A stretch of DNA of 59,626 nucleotides, counting the filler, from Jimgerdemannia flammicorona (Eukaryota): assembly GCA_003990765.1 (NCBI GenBank). It is 3 parts of 3 records of this genome, joined end to end, with 100 filler letters (N's around TTAATTAATTAA, not from the genome) between each part and the next. Parts side by side here need not be neighbours in the genome. Positions count along the whole stretch, not along the records: positions 19,913 to 39,723 come from RBNJ01001847.1; positions 39,824 to 59,626 come from RBNJ01001848.1; 1 more part is not named here. The stretch is one strand, 5' to 3'. Below the pieces are notes generated by a model. The model was not told where the DNA came from, did no database searches, and saw only the letters and a program-made list of their open reading frames with translations. Both the position numbers and the translations under genes were made by a program. Below, in pieces: positions 38,454 through 52,137 of the stretch (position 1 is the stretch's first letter; every line of letters starts with the position of its first letter).

Positions 38454-39723
38454 CGGAGAAACAAACATGGGCAACACAGGCAACACAGGCAAGATGGGCA
38501 AGATGGGCAAGATGGGCAAGATGGCAAGATGGCAAGATGGGTAACATGGGCAAGACAGGCAGATGGCAAGACAGGCGACATGGGCAAAATGGGCAATATG
38601 GGCAATACGGGCAACATGAGCAACAAGGGCAACACGGGCAATACGGGCAACATGGGCAGGTAAGATAGGCAAGATGGGCAAGATAGGCAAGATGGCAAGA
38701 TGACAAGACAGGCGACATGGGCAAGATGGGCAAGACAGGCAAGACAGGCAAGATGGGCAAGACAGGCAAGATGGGCAAGATGGGCAAGATGACAAGATGG
38801 CAAGATGGGTGACATGGGCAAGATGGGCAGATGGCAAGACAGGAGACATGGGCAAGATGGGCAAAACAGGCAAAACAGGCAAAACAGGCAAAACAGGCAA
38901 AACAGGCAATACCAGCAATACTGGCAACACAGGCAGGCAATATGGGCAATACAGGCGGACAACACAGACAACATGGGCAACACAGGCAGGTAACACGGGC
39001 AATACAGGCAACACAGGCAACACGGGCAATACGGGTGGGTAAGATGGACAAGAAGGGCAAGACAGCAAGATGGGCAACATGGGCAAGATGGGCAGATGGC
39101 AAGACAGGTAATATGGGCAAGATGGACAAAACAGGCAAAACAGACAAAACAGGCAACATGGGCAACATGGGCAACATGGACAACACAGGCAACATAGGCA
39201 ACATGGGCAGGCAAGATGGGCAAGATGGGCAAGATAGGTAAGACAGGTAACACGGACAATATGGGCAAGATGGGCAAGACAGGCAATACAGGTAACATGG
39301 GCGGGCAACACAGGCAATACGGGCAACATGGGCAACATGGGCAACATGGACAACACAAGCAACACAGGTGGGTAAGACAGGCAAGATGGGCAAGATGGCA
39401 AGATGGCAACACAGGCAATATGGGCAGGCAAGACAGGCTAGATGGGTAAGACAGGAGGCACTAATAGGGGTAGGTCAGGTGCACTAGATGCCAAGTACTT
39501 GAGGTGGTTGGGGCTCACAACCCATACCCACTGGGTGGGGCAGGCCAGGTAGGAGGATCTAGTTACTCAGGTAGTGAGGTCACAACTTATACCCTAAAGG
39601 TATAAGGCTGGAAGTGGGTTGAGATTGGGGTAGAATGGGACTACTGATGTTGTATGAGGATATGTGGCATGTTATAGATAGTTAATAAATGAGTAACAAG
39701 GCTGAAAAAAAAAAAAAAAAAAA
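38454..39723 (+). mobile_element. Poly(A)-tailed non-coding retroposon P1 (VNTR + G-rich 3' end); 5' boundary approximate
   Basis: AATAAATGAGTA then poly(A) running into the gap; 3' motifs shared with P2. Confidence 0.55.
38466..39455 (+). repeat. 9-bp minisatellite (GGCAAGATG/GGCAAGACA/GGCAACATG/GGCAATACG variants) with higher-order blocks
   Basis: Directly visible GGCAA-core tandem units over about 1 kb. Confidence 0.95.
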
Positions 39724-39823
39724 NNNNNNNNNNNNNNNNNNNNNNNNNNNNNNNNNNNNNNNNNNNNTTAATTAATTAANNNNNNNNNNNNNNNNNNNNN
39801 NNNNNNNNNNNNNNNNNNNNNNN

Positions 39824-39951
39824 AAGAGAAGATTTTTAGATATTTAGAATATACTAAAATATAGTAGAATATTTAAGAAAAGACAAAAAAAAAACTAGAG
39901 AAAAGATATAAAAAAGTTCTAAGACTAAAATATAACTGTGAAATTATTATA
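39824..39951. repeat. Fragment of another A/E-family LTR
   Basis: Similar to the right ends of LTRs 40012-40475 and 46955-47317 (…aagactaa…actgtgaaatt…). Confidence 0.7.
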
Positions 39952-40011
39952 AAGGATCTGGGTAAAAAGGTTGTAATTATATCTAAGATATACTAGAGAT
40001 CCCAGATAGTT

Positions 40012-43000
40012 TGTAACAGTTCTAGTTTCTTTAAGAGGAAGTGGCTAAATCTAAAAGTTCTAGTTGATCTAAAGTAACTCAAAAAGATACTTAAAGGTTC
40101 AAGTGTTCTTGAAGGATTTCTGAGAGAAAAATATTCTGAGCTTTATTCAGGCAGAGAATAAGGATATTTATATATAATCTGAAAGAAAGATCTGGAAGGA
40201 TCTTGGAAAGAAAGAAAAATGCCAAGAAATAGATTCTCAGTAAAGCTGACTAATACAATTCTATAATGTTCTGAAAGATTCCATGACTAGCTAAGACAAG
40301 ATACTTGGTGCCAAGGAAAGACAAGAATGTTCTAGTGGTGTCTGGGTGTAGAGAGAAGATTTCTAAGCAAGTTAAAGGTGATGGAACATAGTAGAATATT
40401 TAAGAAATAATAAGAAAAGACTAACTAAAAGAAACAAAAATGTACTAAGACTAATATGACTGTGAATTTATTACATCTCTCTCTCCTTAAGAACCAATAT
40501 CCTCATTGAGTTCTTAAGTAACATAAGACTAGATATACTTAACTAAAATTTCTCAAACTTATATCAGTATATTGATAGAGATTAGCCATTCTTGTATAGA
40601 GCAGAGGGCCTATTATAACAGACTAACTAACTGAGAGGGGTTCAAACCCAGCTAGTAGCTTTATTTTAGTAGACTTCTTGTTCATTAAATGTTCTACTGG
40701 TTCTGGGTTCCCAAAGTAAACTTTTAATGCATAAGATACTGGTCTTTGCCATAGATCATTGATAATCCAAGAAAGTCACTATAGGGATTGGGCAATGTAT
40801 TTTGCCTCAAAGTCTTAAACTAGATCTTAAGAGTTCTTGAGGTTGACCAGTAGTTCTCAGGTAGTATCATATTTGGGGTAATCCATCCACTTGACTAGAT
40901 ATTCAGGATGGTGATAATAGATTCATTTGTCAAGAATTTTCTCAGCTTCATACTCAATGTGGTCTTCAATAATCATGAAAGCAAAAGGCTTAGAAATTTG
41001 ACCAGGGTAGAGTGGTGACTGGTTTTAGGTCTTGAGGTGTGATATATGAAAGACTGGGTATACTCTCATGGTTTCAGGTAGCTTGAGGTGGTAGAAGGAT
41101 ACAGAGACCTGTTCAGTGATCTCAAAAGATCCAATATACTTAGGTTGGAACTTGTTCAAAGGGTGATTGATTTGGGATTATATCTTGAGATTCTCAGTAG
41201 ACAGTAGAACTTGATCTTCAACAGTGTAAGTGATATTATGGCATTTCTTATCAGCATACTTGGCTTGATGCTGTTGAGCTTTCTGAAGATTTGCAGTAGT
41301 AATCTTAAGTGGTTTGTCCATTTTATCTATAAGGTTCTTGGTGGTTAGAACTTATATTTGACTAGTTTTCTTAAAAGGGAATAGACTTGCAGAGGTTTTG
41401 GGATCTTGACCATAGAGTAATCAGAAAGGGGAAAGACTAGTAGATAATTGAATAGCATTGTTGTATATAAACTCTACATAAGTCAGATAGTGGTCTCAAT
41501 TATCTTACTCATAGAAAACATAGTTTCTGAGTATTTGTTCTAGAGTTCTATTCATGTGCTCAGTTTGTTTATCAGTTTATGAGTGAAAGGCAGTAGACAT
41601 AGCCAATTGGGTTCCCAGAGTCTTGAAGAGAGTTTGCCAGAAGTGACTAGTGAACTTGGGGTCACAATTGCTAAAAATTACTCATAGTAGGCCATAGTGA
41701 CAGAAGATGAACTTGAAGAAGATTCTTATAATTTCAGATACAGTAGCATTGGTAGTAGTTGGTTCAGCAACCATAGTCTTGGTCAGGTGGTCAATGAATA
41801 TGATGATAGTATTAGTACCAGATTGAGTTTATAGTATTTGAGTTATAAAGTCCATAGTGATTTGCTCAAACTTCTTGGTAGGAATTGGCAGTAGTTATAG
41901 TAAACTGACAGGTGCTTGGTTGGTAGACTTATTGCACTGATATAAATTATAGCTGGTAACATAGTTCTTGATTTCCTTGACTATGTTTGGCCAATGGTAG
42001 TGATATTGGATGTTTTTAATAGTCTTCTCAATTCCTAGATGACTGGTAAGAGGGGAGTCATAGTGTTCATGCAAAACCTTATAGCATAGGTTTATATTTT
42101 CAGATAGATAGACTTGATTTTGATGATAGATCAGGTTGTTCTTAACAGTATATATATCTTTGAGCTTGTTTGAGAAAACTTTAGTGACAACTGTGTCTTC
42201 TTTGTAAACTTGTCTGATTTGGTCTAGGAATTCTAATACCAAGGTGACTTGTATGATTGTAGTGAGGTCTGGGCATCTTGATAAGACATCTGGTACTACA
42301 AGTGTCTTTCCAGGCTTGTAGATGATCATTGGATTGAAAGTTTGAAGCTTGAGGCTCCACTTGGCTTATAGATGTGACAGAGTAGATTGGGTATTGATAT
42401 ACTTGAGAGATTGATGATCAGTAATGACATCAAACTCAATATCTTCTAGATAGCATTACCAGTGATCTAGTGTATATATTATTACCAGTAGTTTCTTCTC
42501 ATAAGTAGCTAGCTTTTGTTTAGCTGGGGCCAGCTTATGGGACTTGAAGCAATAGGGTGATGTTCTTTGTCATCATCTTATGATAGAACTGCTCTAATGG
42601 TAAAATTTAACCCATTAGTAGTGACTGTGAATTTTAGGCCTTAATCTGCATTATGTAGGACTGGAGTATAGGTCAGGTAGTTCTTGAGTTCTTGAAAGGC
42701 TTATTGACAGAAGAGGTCTCAGATGTAGAATATATAGTGGTCTGAGTGCAGGGCCTTCCTCATGAGATTGGTCAGTGGTTCAGCAATACCAGAGAAGTTT
42801 CTGACAAAGCAGCAGTAATAGCCAGCTAGACCAAGAAAGGATTGGAGTTCTGTAAGGTTTGACAGAATGGACCATTCTTCAATTACTTCTATCTTGTGTG
42901 GGTCTACTTAAATTCCTTATATAGAGACAATGTGACCAAGATATTTGACTTATTTCTTGAAGAATATATACTTCTTGAGCTTGGTATAGAGCTTGTGTTT

Positions 43001-46000
43001 TCACAGGATCTCCAGGACTATTCAAATGTGTTTAAGGTGATCTTCTTTAGCTGCACTAAAGATCAAGATGTTATCAAGATATACCAACAGAAAAATAAAT
43101 AGTTGGTCCTTAAATATCTTATTCATCAGAGTCTGAAATGTAGTGAGTATATTGGTGAGACCAAATGCTAAGACCAGAAATTCATAGAGTCTAAAGGAGA
43201 TCATGAATGCAGTTTTGAGAATATCTTCTAGCTTGATTCAGATCTGGTGGTATCCTGACATGAGGTCTAACTTGGTGAGATACTTGACATTCTTGAGAGT
43301 ATTAAAGATTTGATCAATCAAGAGTAGCAGATAGCAGTTCTTGACAGTGATTTTGTTGAGTACATAATAGTCTATGCACATTTGTAGAGTACTATCCTTC
43401 TTTTTGATAAATAAGACTGGTGAGCCATAAGGAGATTTGCTTGGCTGGATGGCTCCTCATGTAAGTAATTCTTCTAGTTCCTTCTTGACTGCTTCAATTT
43501 CAAGTAGCAACATGCAGTATATGTGTTTCTTGAATGGTACAGCTCCTGGGGTCAGTTTGATTTCATGATCAACTTCTTGTATAAGTGGTAGACCAGGTAG
43601 CTTATCTGGAAAGACATCCTTGAATTCTTCTAGCAGTAACTTGATGCTTTTATTAACTGATAGTCTCTTGTCTTGTTTCTTGAGGCAGATCATTATAATA
43701 AAGGCATATATTGCCTTCTTGAGTACTTTCTTATACTATATAGCTGACAGTATTGCAATCTAGGTCTTGCTCATAGTCTTGTCTGTCTTGATCATAATAT
43801 TGGCTCCATCTTGAAGTAAGGTGACTTTATTCTTGCACTAATCAATGTCTGGATTGTGTTTTATAAACCAGAGTTTCCCTAAGATCAGGTCATAATCTTC
43901 TAGTGATACAATCTCAAAGTCTACTCATTCCCAATATTTCTAGATCTTGATGGGCAGTTTGGCAGCAATTGACTTAATGGGGTGTAGAGTACCATCTGCA
44001 GTGACTATACTATTGTTCTTGGGTACAGGCTTGGTAAGGATCTTGAGGCTTTCAATGAGATTCTGATTGATAAAGTTCCCTGCAGCTCTGCTATCTATGA
44101 GTACTTGAACTTCTTTTCCTTTGACTAGGCCTTTAAAAATGAGTATAGCTTGAGCTCAATTTTCACTAAGACTTGCTGCTTAATTGGTGCTGCTAAAACC
44201 CTTTTGATCTCATTTGGTTTTAGGGAGTTCTTGGACTTCTGTAATCTTGAGTTGACTGGCTTTTTCTAAGATCATTTGTGTGACTCAGTCTCCTTCTTTA
44301 ACTGTATAGTCTTGATCCTTCTGATTGATAAGCAAGACTTAAACTTATTCTCAAAAGTTTGAGTCAATAATACTAGCATCTATATCTAAATAATATTTGA
44401 CACTGAGTCCTGATCATGGTGCAATTCTAGCATAATATTCTTCAGAACATTGAACTGCAATTCCAGTAGGCACCAGAGTACAGCTCTTGGCTGAAATAGT
44501 GACTTGTTTGACTGAGTGTAGGTCAAGACCAATGACTTTTTCTGTTTGATATTGAGGAACCTGGGTCTTCAGATGAAGTTTCTTGACCTTGAGCTCAAGT
44601 TGACTGGTGGTGGGGTTGACAGATGTGTTCTTGGACAACACAGTGACTGGTCTTAAGGGTTTGCTAGTCTTCTTAGGACATTTGGTTGCAATGTATTCTG
44701 TTTGGTAACAGAAAAAATAGACTCCTAATTTCTTTAGATGGTCTTTTTGTTCAGGGGTGAGCTTGGTATTCTTTTTGTTCATAGTGTCTAAGTCCATTGA
44801 TGCCAGGCCAACTATCTTTGATTGGTTCTTGTGGCAGTTCTTAAAATGGGGTTTCTTGTGGTGTTCTAGTTTGAAGTAGTTGCCAAAGATGATGATAACA
44901 AATCTATCAACAATTCTTATAGCTTCATCAAGGTTCTTAGACTCTTCTAGCTCAACCTTGACTCATGTGTTTCCCTTCAGACCTCAGATATAGTAGTCTA
45001 TCTTTTCATCCTCAGATATTGCTGGTAGCTCAAGTAGAATTGATAGAAATTATGCATTATAGCTTTGTATAGACTTGAGTTACTTGATATTCACTAGCTT
45101 GTCTCTGACTAGCTTGGTGTATTGACAGGCTTAAACTACTTATAAAGGGCTCTTTTGAAAGCTTCCCAATCTCTGATTTGTGCATATGAGTGTATAGATA
45201 TAACTATAATATGATTTCACTACCAGATAGCTGTATTTCCTTGGAGAAGTATGGCGATAAATTAGACTTATATGTCATTTTCCATTTTTGTGAGCTCGAA
45301 GTATTGGTCCAACTGGAAGATCCATACATCTATAGATAGTCCTTCTTGATGGCTGTCAAAGATATCTAACTTAAGTGGCTTAAAACTGACTAATACTATA
45401 ATAGGATGTGATATATCTGCAGTTTGTGTTTTCTGCTATTTTAGTTGTGCTTGAAGTTCTTGGATTTGGTAGGCTATAGTATTGATCATATTCTCTATAC
45501 TAAGTTGCTGTCCTCCTACTTCTTCTATAGCAGAGGGGTCTGGTTGGTAGACTGACTCTTTATGGCTCATCTTGGGTTCATGTGACTAGTTGTGACTGGT
45601 TTCTAAATTTATATGAGGTTTCTTAATAAGGCAAGATATAATGGCATCACTGCTATCAAGTGTAATAGTTCTAGTTTCTTTAAGAGAAAGTGGCTAAATC
45701 TGAAAGTTCTAATTAGCTTAAAGTAACTCAAAGAGATACTTAAAGGTTCAAGTATTCTTGAAAGAGGACTTCTTTCTCTCGAACCATACTGGTCAAAAGG
45801 TCTAGGTGGAAATTAGATCCCTATGGTACAGGGGAAGGGGGGCCATTAGTGTCCCGAGATTGGGTGTGCCAGAAGTGACAAGAGAAGAGGAGTCCAATAG
45901 TGTTAAGTTGCCCCAATCTCAAGGCTACAGTTTTTAAGAATTCAAGGGTTTTGTCATTTCATAGGCCAGACAGTATGATGTAGGCTCTGGGAGCCACTGG

Positions 46001-47317
46001 TAAGTCCTTAAGGAGATGTGAAGTCTTACATCCAGTGATGTGGCTGGCTTCATGGTGAGCATCTGATTCACTGGTGTGCTCTGGCAGACTGGGAGATGTG
46101 GGTCAGGCCCTTAGGCTTTCTTTCACTCAGGGGGGAGACTCTCACTGCATCCTCAAGGCATAGAGATGTACCGAGTGATTTTGGAAGGAGCTCAGAGAAT
46201 TTTGAAAAGTACAGCTGATTATTGGCTAAGATGGATGAGGTGATCTCAATGTATGTAGTGATGGTAACTAGTGATTGATAGATGCAGGATGGTGTGATTT
46301 AAGATGGCAGTGATAATTGGGCCAGGTGATTGACTGGTAATGGTGTGATGATCAGTAGGGAGATCAGCAGGTGACTACTTTGCCACTTTGGGGAGAGAAG
46401 AGCTGGTAGGCCAGGTGTATGCTGCAGGGATACTCAAGGTGCTGGGGTCACATCCAGTGGTCCTTTGGGGTAAGACCAGGTATGATGGCAGTATCACTTG
46501 AGGTGCTGGTGTCACAAGCCAGACAGTGACTTCTGACTCAGAGTTGGAGCAGTAGTCAGATGGCAGACCTATTCATTAAGTATGTAGGCTAGCACTGGGC
46601 AGCCAAGGTGGGGTGGAGTAACTCATGGTTGGGGATTATCAGACCTGCATGCTATTTCATTTCTCTACATTATATATATTATTTGTATGAGGGGGCCAGT
46701 TGTGGCCTTGGTGGTGCATTGTTATTAGTAGGGAGGAGGGGGTAAGAGTGGCTCAGGGTAGAGAGAACCAGGCCCTGATCATCTTGACTTTGCTAAGGTT
46801 AGGTGTTAGGTAGTCTGAGACTACTCTTTTCAGGGCCTGACCCCACTTACTTTCTTGTCAGGTAATCTGGAAGATGTTTTCCTGCTGTTCACTATATAAC
46901 TGTATTTGGAATAAATGAGTATAGAAAAAAAAAAAAACAAAAAGTATTCTTGAACGATTTCTGAGAGAAAAATATTCTGAGCTTTATTTAGGTAGAGAAC
47001 AAGGATATTTATATATGATCTGAAAGAAAGATCTGGAAGGATCTTGGAAAGAAAGAGAAATACCAAGAAATAGGTTCTCAGCAAAGCTGACTAATACTAT
47101 TCTACAATGTTCCAAAAGGTTCCATGTCTAGCTAAGATAAGATACTTAGCACCAAGGAAAGACAAGAATGTTCTAGTGGTGTCTGGGTACCAAGAGAAGA
47201 TTTCTAAGTAAGTAGAAGGTGACAGAACATAGTAGAATGTTCAAGAAATAACAAGAAAAGACTAACTAAAAGACATGAAAATATACTAAGACTAAATATG
47301 ACTGTGAAATTGTTATA
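40012..47317 (-). mobile_element. Full-length decayed chromovirus E (gag-CCHC-dUTPase-PR-RT-RH-IN-chromodomain)
   Basis: LTRs 40012-40475 and 45661-47317; 5-bp TSD TAGTT (40007-40011, 47318-47322); PPT 40476-40488; VYLDNI; chromodomain EYEAEKILDK..EYLVKWMDYP at about 40800-40956. Confidence 0.93.
45763..46941 (+). mobile_element. Poly(A)-tailed non-coding retroposon P2 inserted in the 5' LTR of E
   Basis: 13-bp TSD AAGTATTCTTGAA (45750-45762, 46942-46954); AATAAA at 46910; A-tail; sister LTR shows the empty site at about 40101. Confidence 0.9.
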
Positions 47318-48659
47318 TAGTTAGTTATATAGCTAATGGCTGATCAGAATAGCTTAGTCTTAAATTTATAGATTGGTTAGTTAGCTAAGTAGTCAGATCT
47401 TATTTAACTCTTTTGATTTCCAAATTCTTCAAATTAAATAAAAGATTTATAAATACTACTTAATCAGTTAACTATAACTTTAAAACTGAGATAGAGTAGC
47501 TTGGTCTTAAATTTATAGATTGGCTAGCTGGCCAGACTAAATTTAAGACTAAGTCTATTTGGTCAGTTGGCTGTAAATTTAAAACTGAGTCACTCTGGTC
47601 AGCCATTGGCCATATGACTAGCTATCTGGAATATATATCAAAGACCTATAGTGCATCAATTATAGTCTGGTAATTAAAAGGTTTTCTAATATCAGAATTG
47701 TAAATAAGTTATAGATAGGAATATAAATAGTATCTAAGAGATCTTTCTGTAGAGAATTTTATTCCTTAAGAAGAGGTCTGTGATCTTTACTTGATAGAGC
47801 TATATATAATATAGATAGAGATATTCTGTCACATATAGATATTCTGTTGCACTATCATATAAATAATTACACAATTACTGTAGAGTTGAAATAAATATTT
47901 GGCCTATAATTAGTTAATTTAAGATCAATATCTTAGTAACTAATCTCTGATTTAAGGCTATAAGATATAGTATTTCAATATTTAAGACCACTATTATAGT
48001 AACTGGCCTCTACTACTGATCTTTGATTTAAGACTACAATTTAGTCTTATAGATCTTAGATTATATAAATCACTTTTGTCTATATTATAAACTAGCTAAA
48101 AGCTATTTATAATTATTAAGATAAAGAAAGATCAGCTAATCAAATATCTATAACATATTGTGAAATATCTCTTAAATAATGCTTCTTTTTCATATACTTC
48201 AATTTATAAGAAAATGTTCTATCTAGAGGTAGAGATGTATAATCTATAATAATTTCATTTATAATAGATAATAGATAGTAAATTGATTATTCTTAGACAA
48301 AAGTATATAAGATTTCTCTTATAGCCTTTTAATTGACTCAATACAAGTCTTGATGATCTGATTATCTTCTTTTATATTATTTTGGTAAGCTTCTTTTAGA
48401 ACCAACTAGTGAAGAATAATATCTTCTTCTTTTTTTTACATTAGATTGGTTTAGTAGAATAAATCCACTTTTCTATTATAAAGATATATATACATAATAG
48501 AGAATAATAGAAGAGTAGAGTGCAGTCTTTGTTATTGGAGAGAGGGGGGCTATATTGTATTATATGTAAGTGGGAGCTTTGTTATATTATAGATAGAGGC
48601 TTCATTATATCATAAGTAGGAGTATGATTGTCACAGAGTTTATTTCTAAAGAGTCTTCT

Positions 48660-51600
48660 GAGATTGACTCTCACTTGTATTCTCTTATAATTACTCACAT
48701 TTCTTTAGACTTTCTCTAGTATTACCAGAGTAAATAGAGAGAGCTTTAGTTTTTGGAGTAGTTTGGAGAAGAGAGATTAGTGCAGTTATCAATTTTTATC
48801 ACTAAAGAAAAGAGGTTGATATAGTTATTAATTATTGTCACTGAATTGACTCTCACTTATATTCTTATATTTTTTTAAACTTCCTCTAATATTATTAGAG
48901 TAAGTAGAGAGAGCTTTGTTTTTAGAATAGTCTAGAGAAGGAAAGTTGGTATAATTATTGATTTTTATTACTAGAGAAGGAAAATTGGCATAGTTATTTA
49001 TTTTTGTCACTGGAGAAGAGAGGTTAATATAGTTATTGATTTTTGTTACTAGAGAAGAGAGGTTGATATATATAGTTATCAATTTTTATTACTAGATTGA
49101 CTTTTACTTATATTCTCATATTTCTTTAGACTTTCTCTAGTATTGCTAGAGTAAGTAGAGAGAGCTTTAGTTTTTGAAGTAGTCTGAAAAAGAGAGGTTG
49201 GTATAGTTATTGATTTTTATTACTAGAGAAGAAGATTAGCATAGTTATTAATTTTTGTCACTAGAGAAAGAAAGTTGACATAGTTATCAATTTTTGTTAC
49301 TAGAGAAGAGAAATTAGCATAATTATCAATTTTTGTTACTAGAGAAGAGAGATTGATATATTTATCAATTTTTGTTACTAGAGAAAGGAGATTGATATAG
49401 TTATCAATTTTCATTACTAAATTGACTCTCACTTTCATTCTCATATTCCTTTAGACTTTCTCTAACATTGTCAGAGTAAGTAGAGAAAGCTTCAGTTTTT
49501 GGAGTAGTCTAGAGAGAAGAGATTGACATAGTTAGATAAGAAAGATGAATATTATTATTGATTTTTATTACTGAAGAAGAGAGATTGGTACAGTTATTAA
49601 TTTTTATTACTAAAGAAGAGAGGTTGATATAGGTATCAATTTTTGTCACTAGAGAAAAAAAGTTGGCATCATTATTGATTTTTGTCACTAGAGAAGGAAG
49701 GTTGGTATAATTATCAATTTTTATCACTAGATTGATTCTCACTTACATTCTCATATTCCTTTAAACTTCCTCTAGTATTGCCAGAGTAAATAGAGAGAGC
49801 TTCAGTTTTTTGAAGTAGTCTGGAGAAGAGAGGTTGGTGCAGTTATCAATTTTTATCAATAGAAATGAAAGGTTGGCATAGTTATTAATTTTTGTCACTA
49901 GAGAAGAGAGGTTAGTGTGGTTATTGATTTTTGTCACTAGAGAAGAGAGGTTGGTACAGTTATTGATTTTTATCACTAGAGAAGAGATATTGGTATAGTT
50001 ATTAATTTTTGTCACTGGAGAAGAGAAGTTGGCATGGCACCATCCAGGACAACCACAGCGAAACTGCACAATACCTCTCTGCTTCAATTAGGCGAGTTTG
50101 TGCAGAAAGTGATTGAGAGGCTGTACATCTTCTTTGTGGCAGACGTGACCATATTCACACAATCACTTTTGGCCATGAAGAAATTGTATGACATTGTCAA
50201 GAAGTCGGAACCAGCACCATTCTCTCCTTTCCCGGAGCTCTTAATTGAAGGCTTCAATCATGAACAAGTGTGGGAAGAAATAGCCATGCAGAATCAGCCT
50301 TTGTTGGGCTATGTTGTGGAACAGTTAGATAGTTTCATTGCAGCGGCCGAGCGAGATTTGAAGAACAGTAATGGAGATATGGTTAAGGAGGATGTGGACG
50401 ATGATGAGATATTGATAGGTGATGATGAGATATTGATGGGCGATGACAGCATGTTTGATGAGGAGCAGGAAGATACCAATGATGGGGAAGCAAATGGGAG
50501 TCGGTTTATTGATAATGAAGCAGAAGATGGAGAGGATGAAAATATTGATGATTTTGGACTCAATGAGATGGACGATGATGCAATTGAGCTGTCAGGAAAC
50601 CTGCGAAAGTGGGAATTAGCAACAGACAGTGAGGGGAATTTAGAAAATGAGGAGGATGACGATGGCAATGGCAATGACGATGACGATGACGATGACGAGA
50701 ATCTTGATGATCCGGATCTTGAACATTCATCTACATCAAAATGCCCTGCTCGAACATCCCAAGTAGACGATGCCTTTTTCAATCTCGACGAGTTTAATGA
50801 CTGGTCTGAATGGCAGGAGGAGCGTGATATGATGTCAGAAGATGATCAGGAAGAGGATGAGAATGAGGACGACATTATTGATCTCGACAAAGATCTGGAT
50901 AAGATGATATAGATGATACGATGCTAATGATGTGATGTTCAGTGACTTCTTCAAAGCACCTGCATGGCCTCATGGTGGCGTCGGCAAGCGCAATAACAAG
51001 AAGTCGATTCACTTTAGTACAGAACATTACGTGGACAAGCAAACAGACTGAAAAGAGATGGATGTTAGAGAGCAGGATCAAGAAGAAGAGCAGGCCACAA
51101 GAGTGAGCAACCTTTTCACCAGGGACAAGAACGAGGATGAGGCGGATGCTAGCAAGTCGGTATATGAAAAAAAATATGGAAAGAATCAAGCAGGAAATCG
51201 AGGTGCTGGAGAGTGCGAATGTAGGGGAGAAGGATTGGACATTAGGCGGCGAGGCATCAAGCAAAGCCCGGCCATTGAACAGTCTATTGGAGGAGGACTT
51301 GGAGTTTGAACATGTTGTCAAGCCCATCTCAGTTATCATGCAAGAGACAACCGAAACATTGGAAGAAATGATCAAGCGACAAATTCTCGATAACGCCTTC
51401 AATGACGTTGAACATAAAGCCAACCCAACTTTCCATCTGTATCTGCCATCAAAGAGAGTTGAGTTATTGGATGAAAAATCCAAAAAGTCCCTGGCAGAGA
51501 TCTATGAGGACGATTATGTAAAGGAGACCACAGTAGGCAGAATAGTGAATGAGAAGGACAAGGCACTCAAGAAAGAACATCAAGAGATCGATAACATGTG

Positions 51601-52080
51601 CCAGAAGTTGGACATATTGAGCAATTTCCATTATACACCCAAACCGCCAAAACCCGAAATTGCAGTCATCTTGGATGAGGATGTATACAACAAGAAGGGA
51701 TTGGTGAAGGGCGAAACTGAAACAGACCAGGCAGAGAGAAAGTGACAGTGGGCGGCCATAAAGAGGGTAAAGAAGAACAAGTTGGTGCTCAAGGCCAAGG
51801 TGAGAAAGGTGGCAGAGATGAATCCCACGTTGGCGGAGAGGCAGAAGAAGGCTGTGGCAACGTTGGCAGGGCAGAAGAACATTACCTTCATTGACAAGGA
51901 TGGCAACAAACGGCTGGCCAATAAGAAAAAAGAAGCACAAGAGGACAAAAAAGCGAGCAAGTTAAAGTTATGAAGGGAGTGCAGCATTTTTGGTGTGTCC
52001 CATTCGTAAACTGTATAATATGGCATGTTCAATTGTAATGAATTTTTCCCATAGATGTAATTTAGAAATTGTAAGAATGG

Positions 52081-52137
<57 letters not shown>

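Larger units (their letters stand above)
40001..47630. mobile_element. Short non-autonomous TIR element (CACTA/EnSpm-like, about 320 bp net) split by element E
   Basis: Termini CCCAGATAG / CTATCTGGA, about 60-bp imperfect inverted repeats (40001-40011 plus 47323-47372 vs about 47571-47630), AT on both flanks, internal copies of the TIR motif. Confidence 0.65.

Noticed and set aside
38353..39431. Long Cys/Pro/Leu-rich minus-strand ORFs
   Set aside because: By-products of a stop-free 9-bp repeat, open in all three frames
47631..48650. AT-rich decayed segment
   Set aside because: Too eroded to assign to any element or gene
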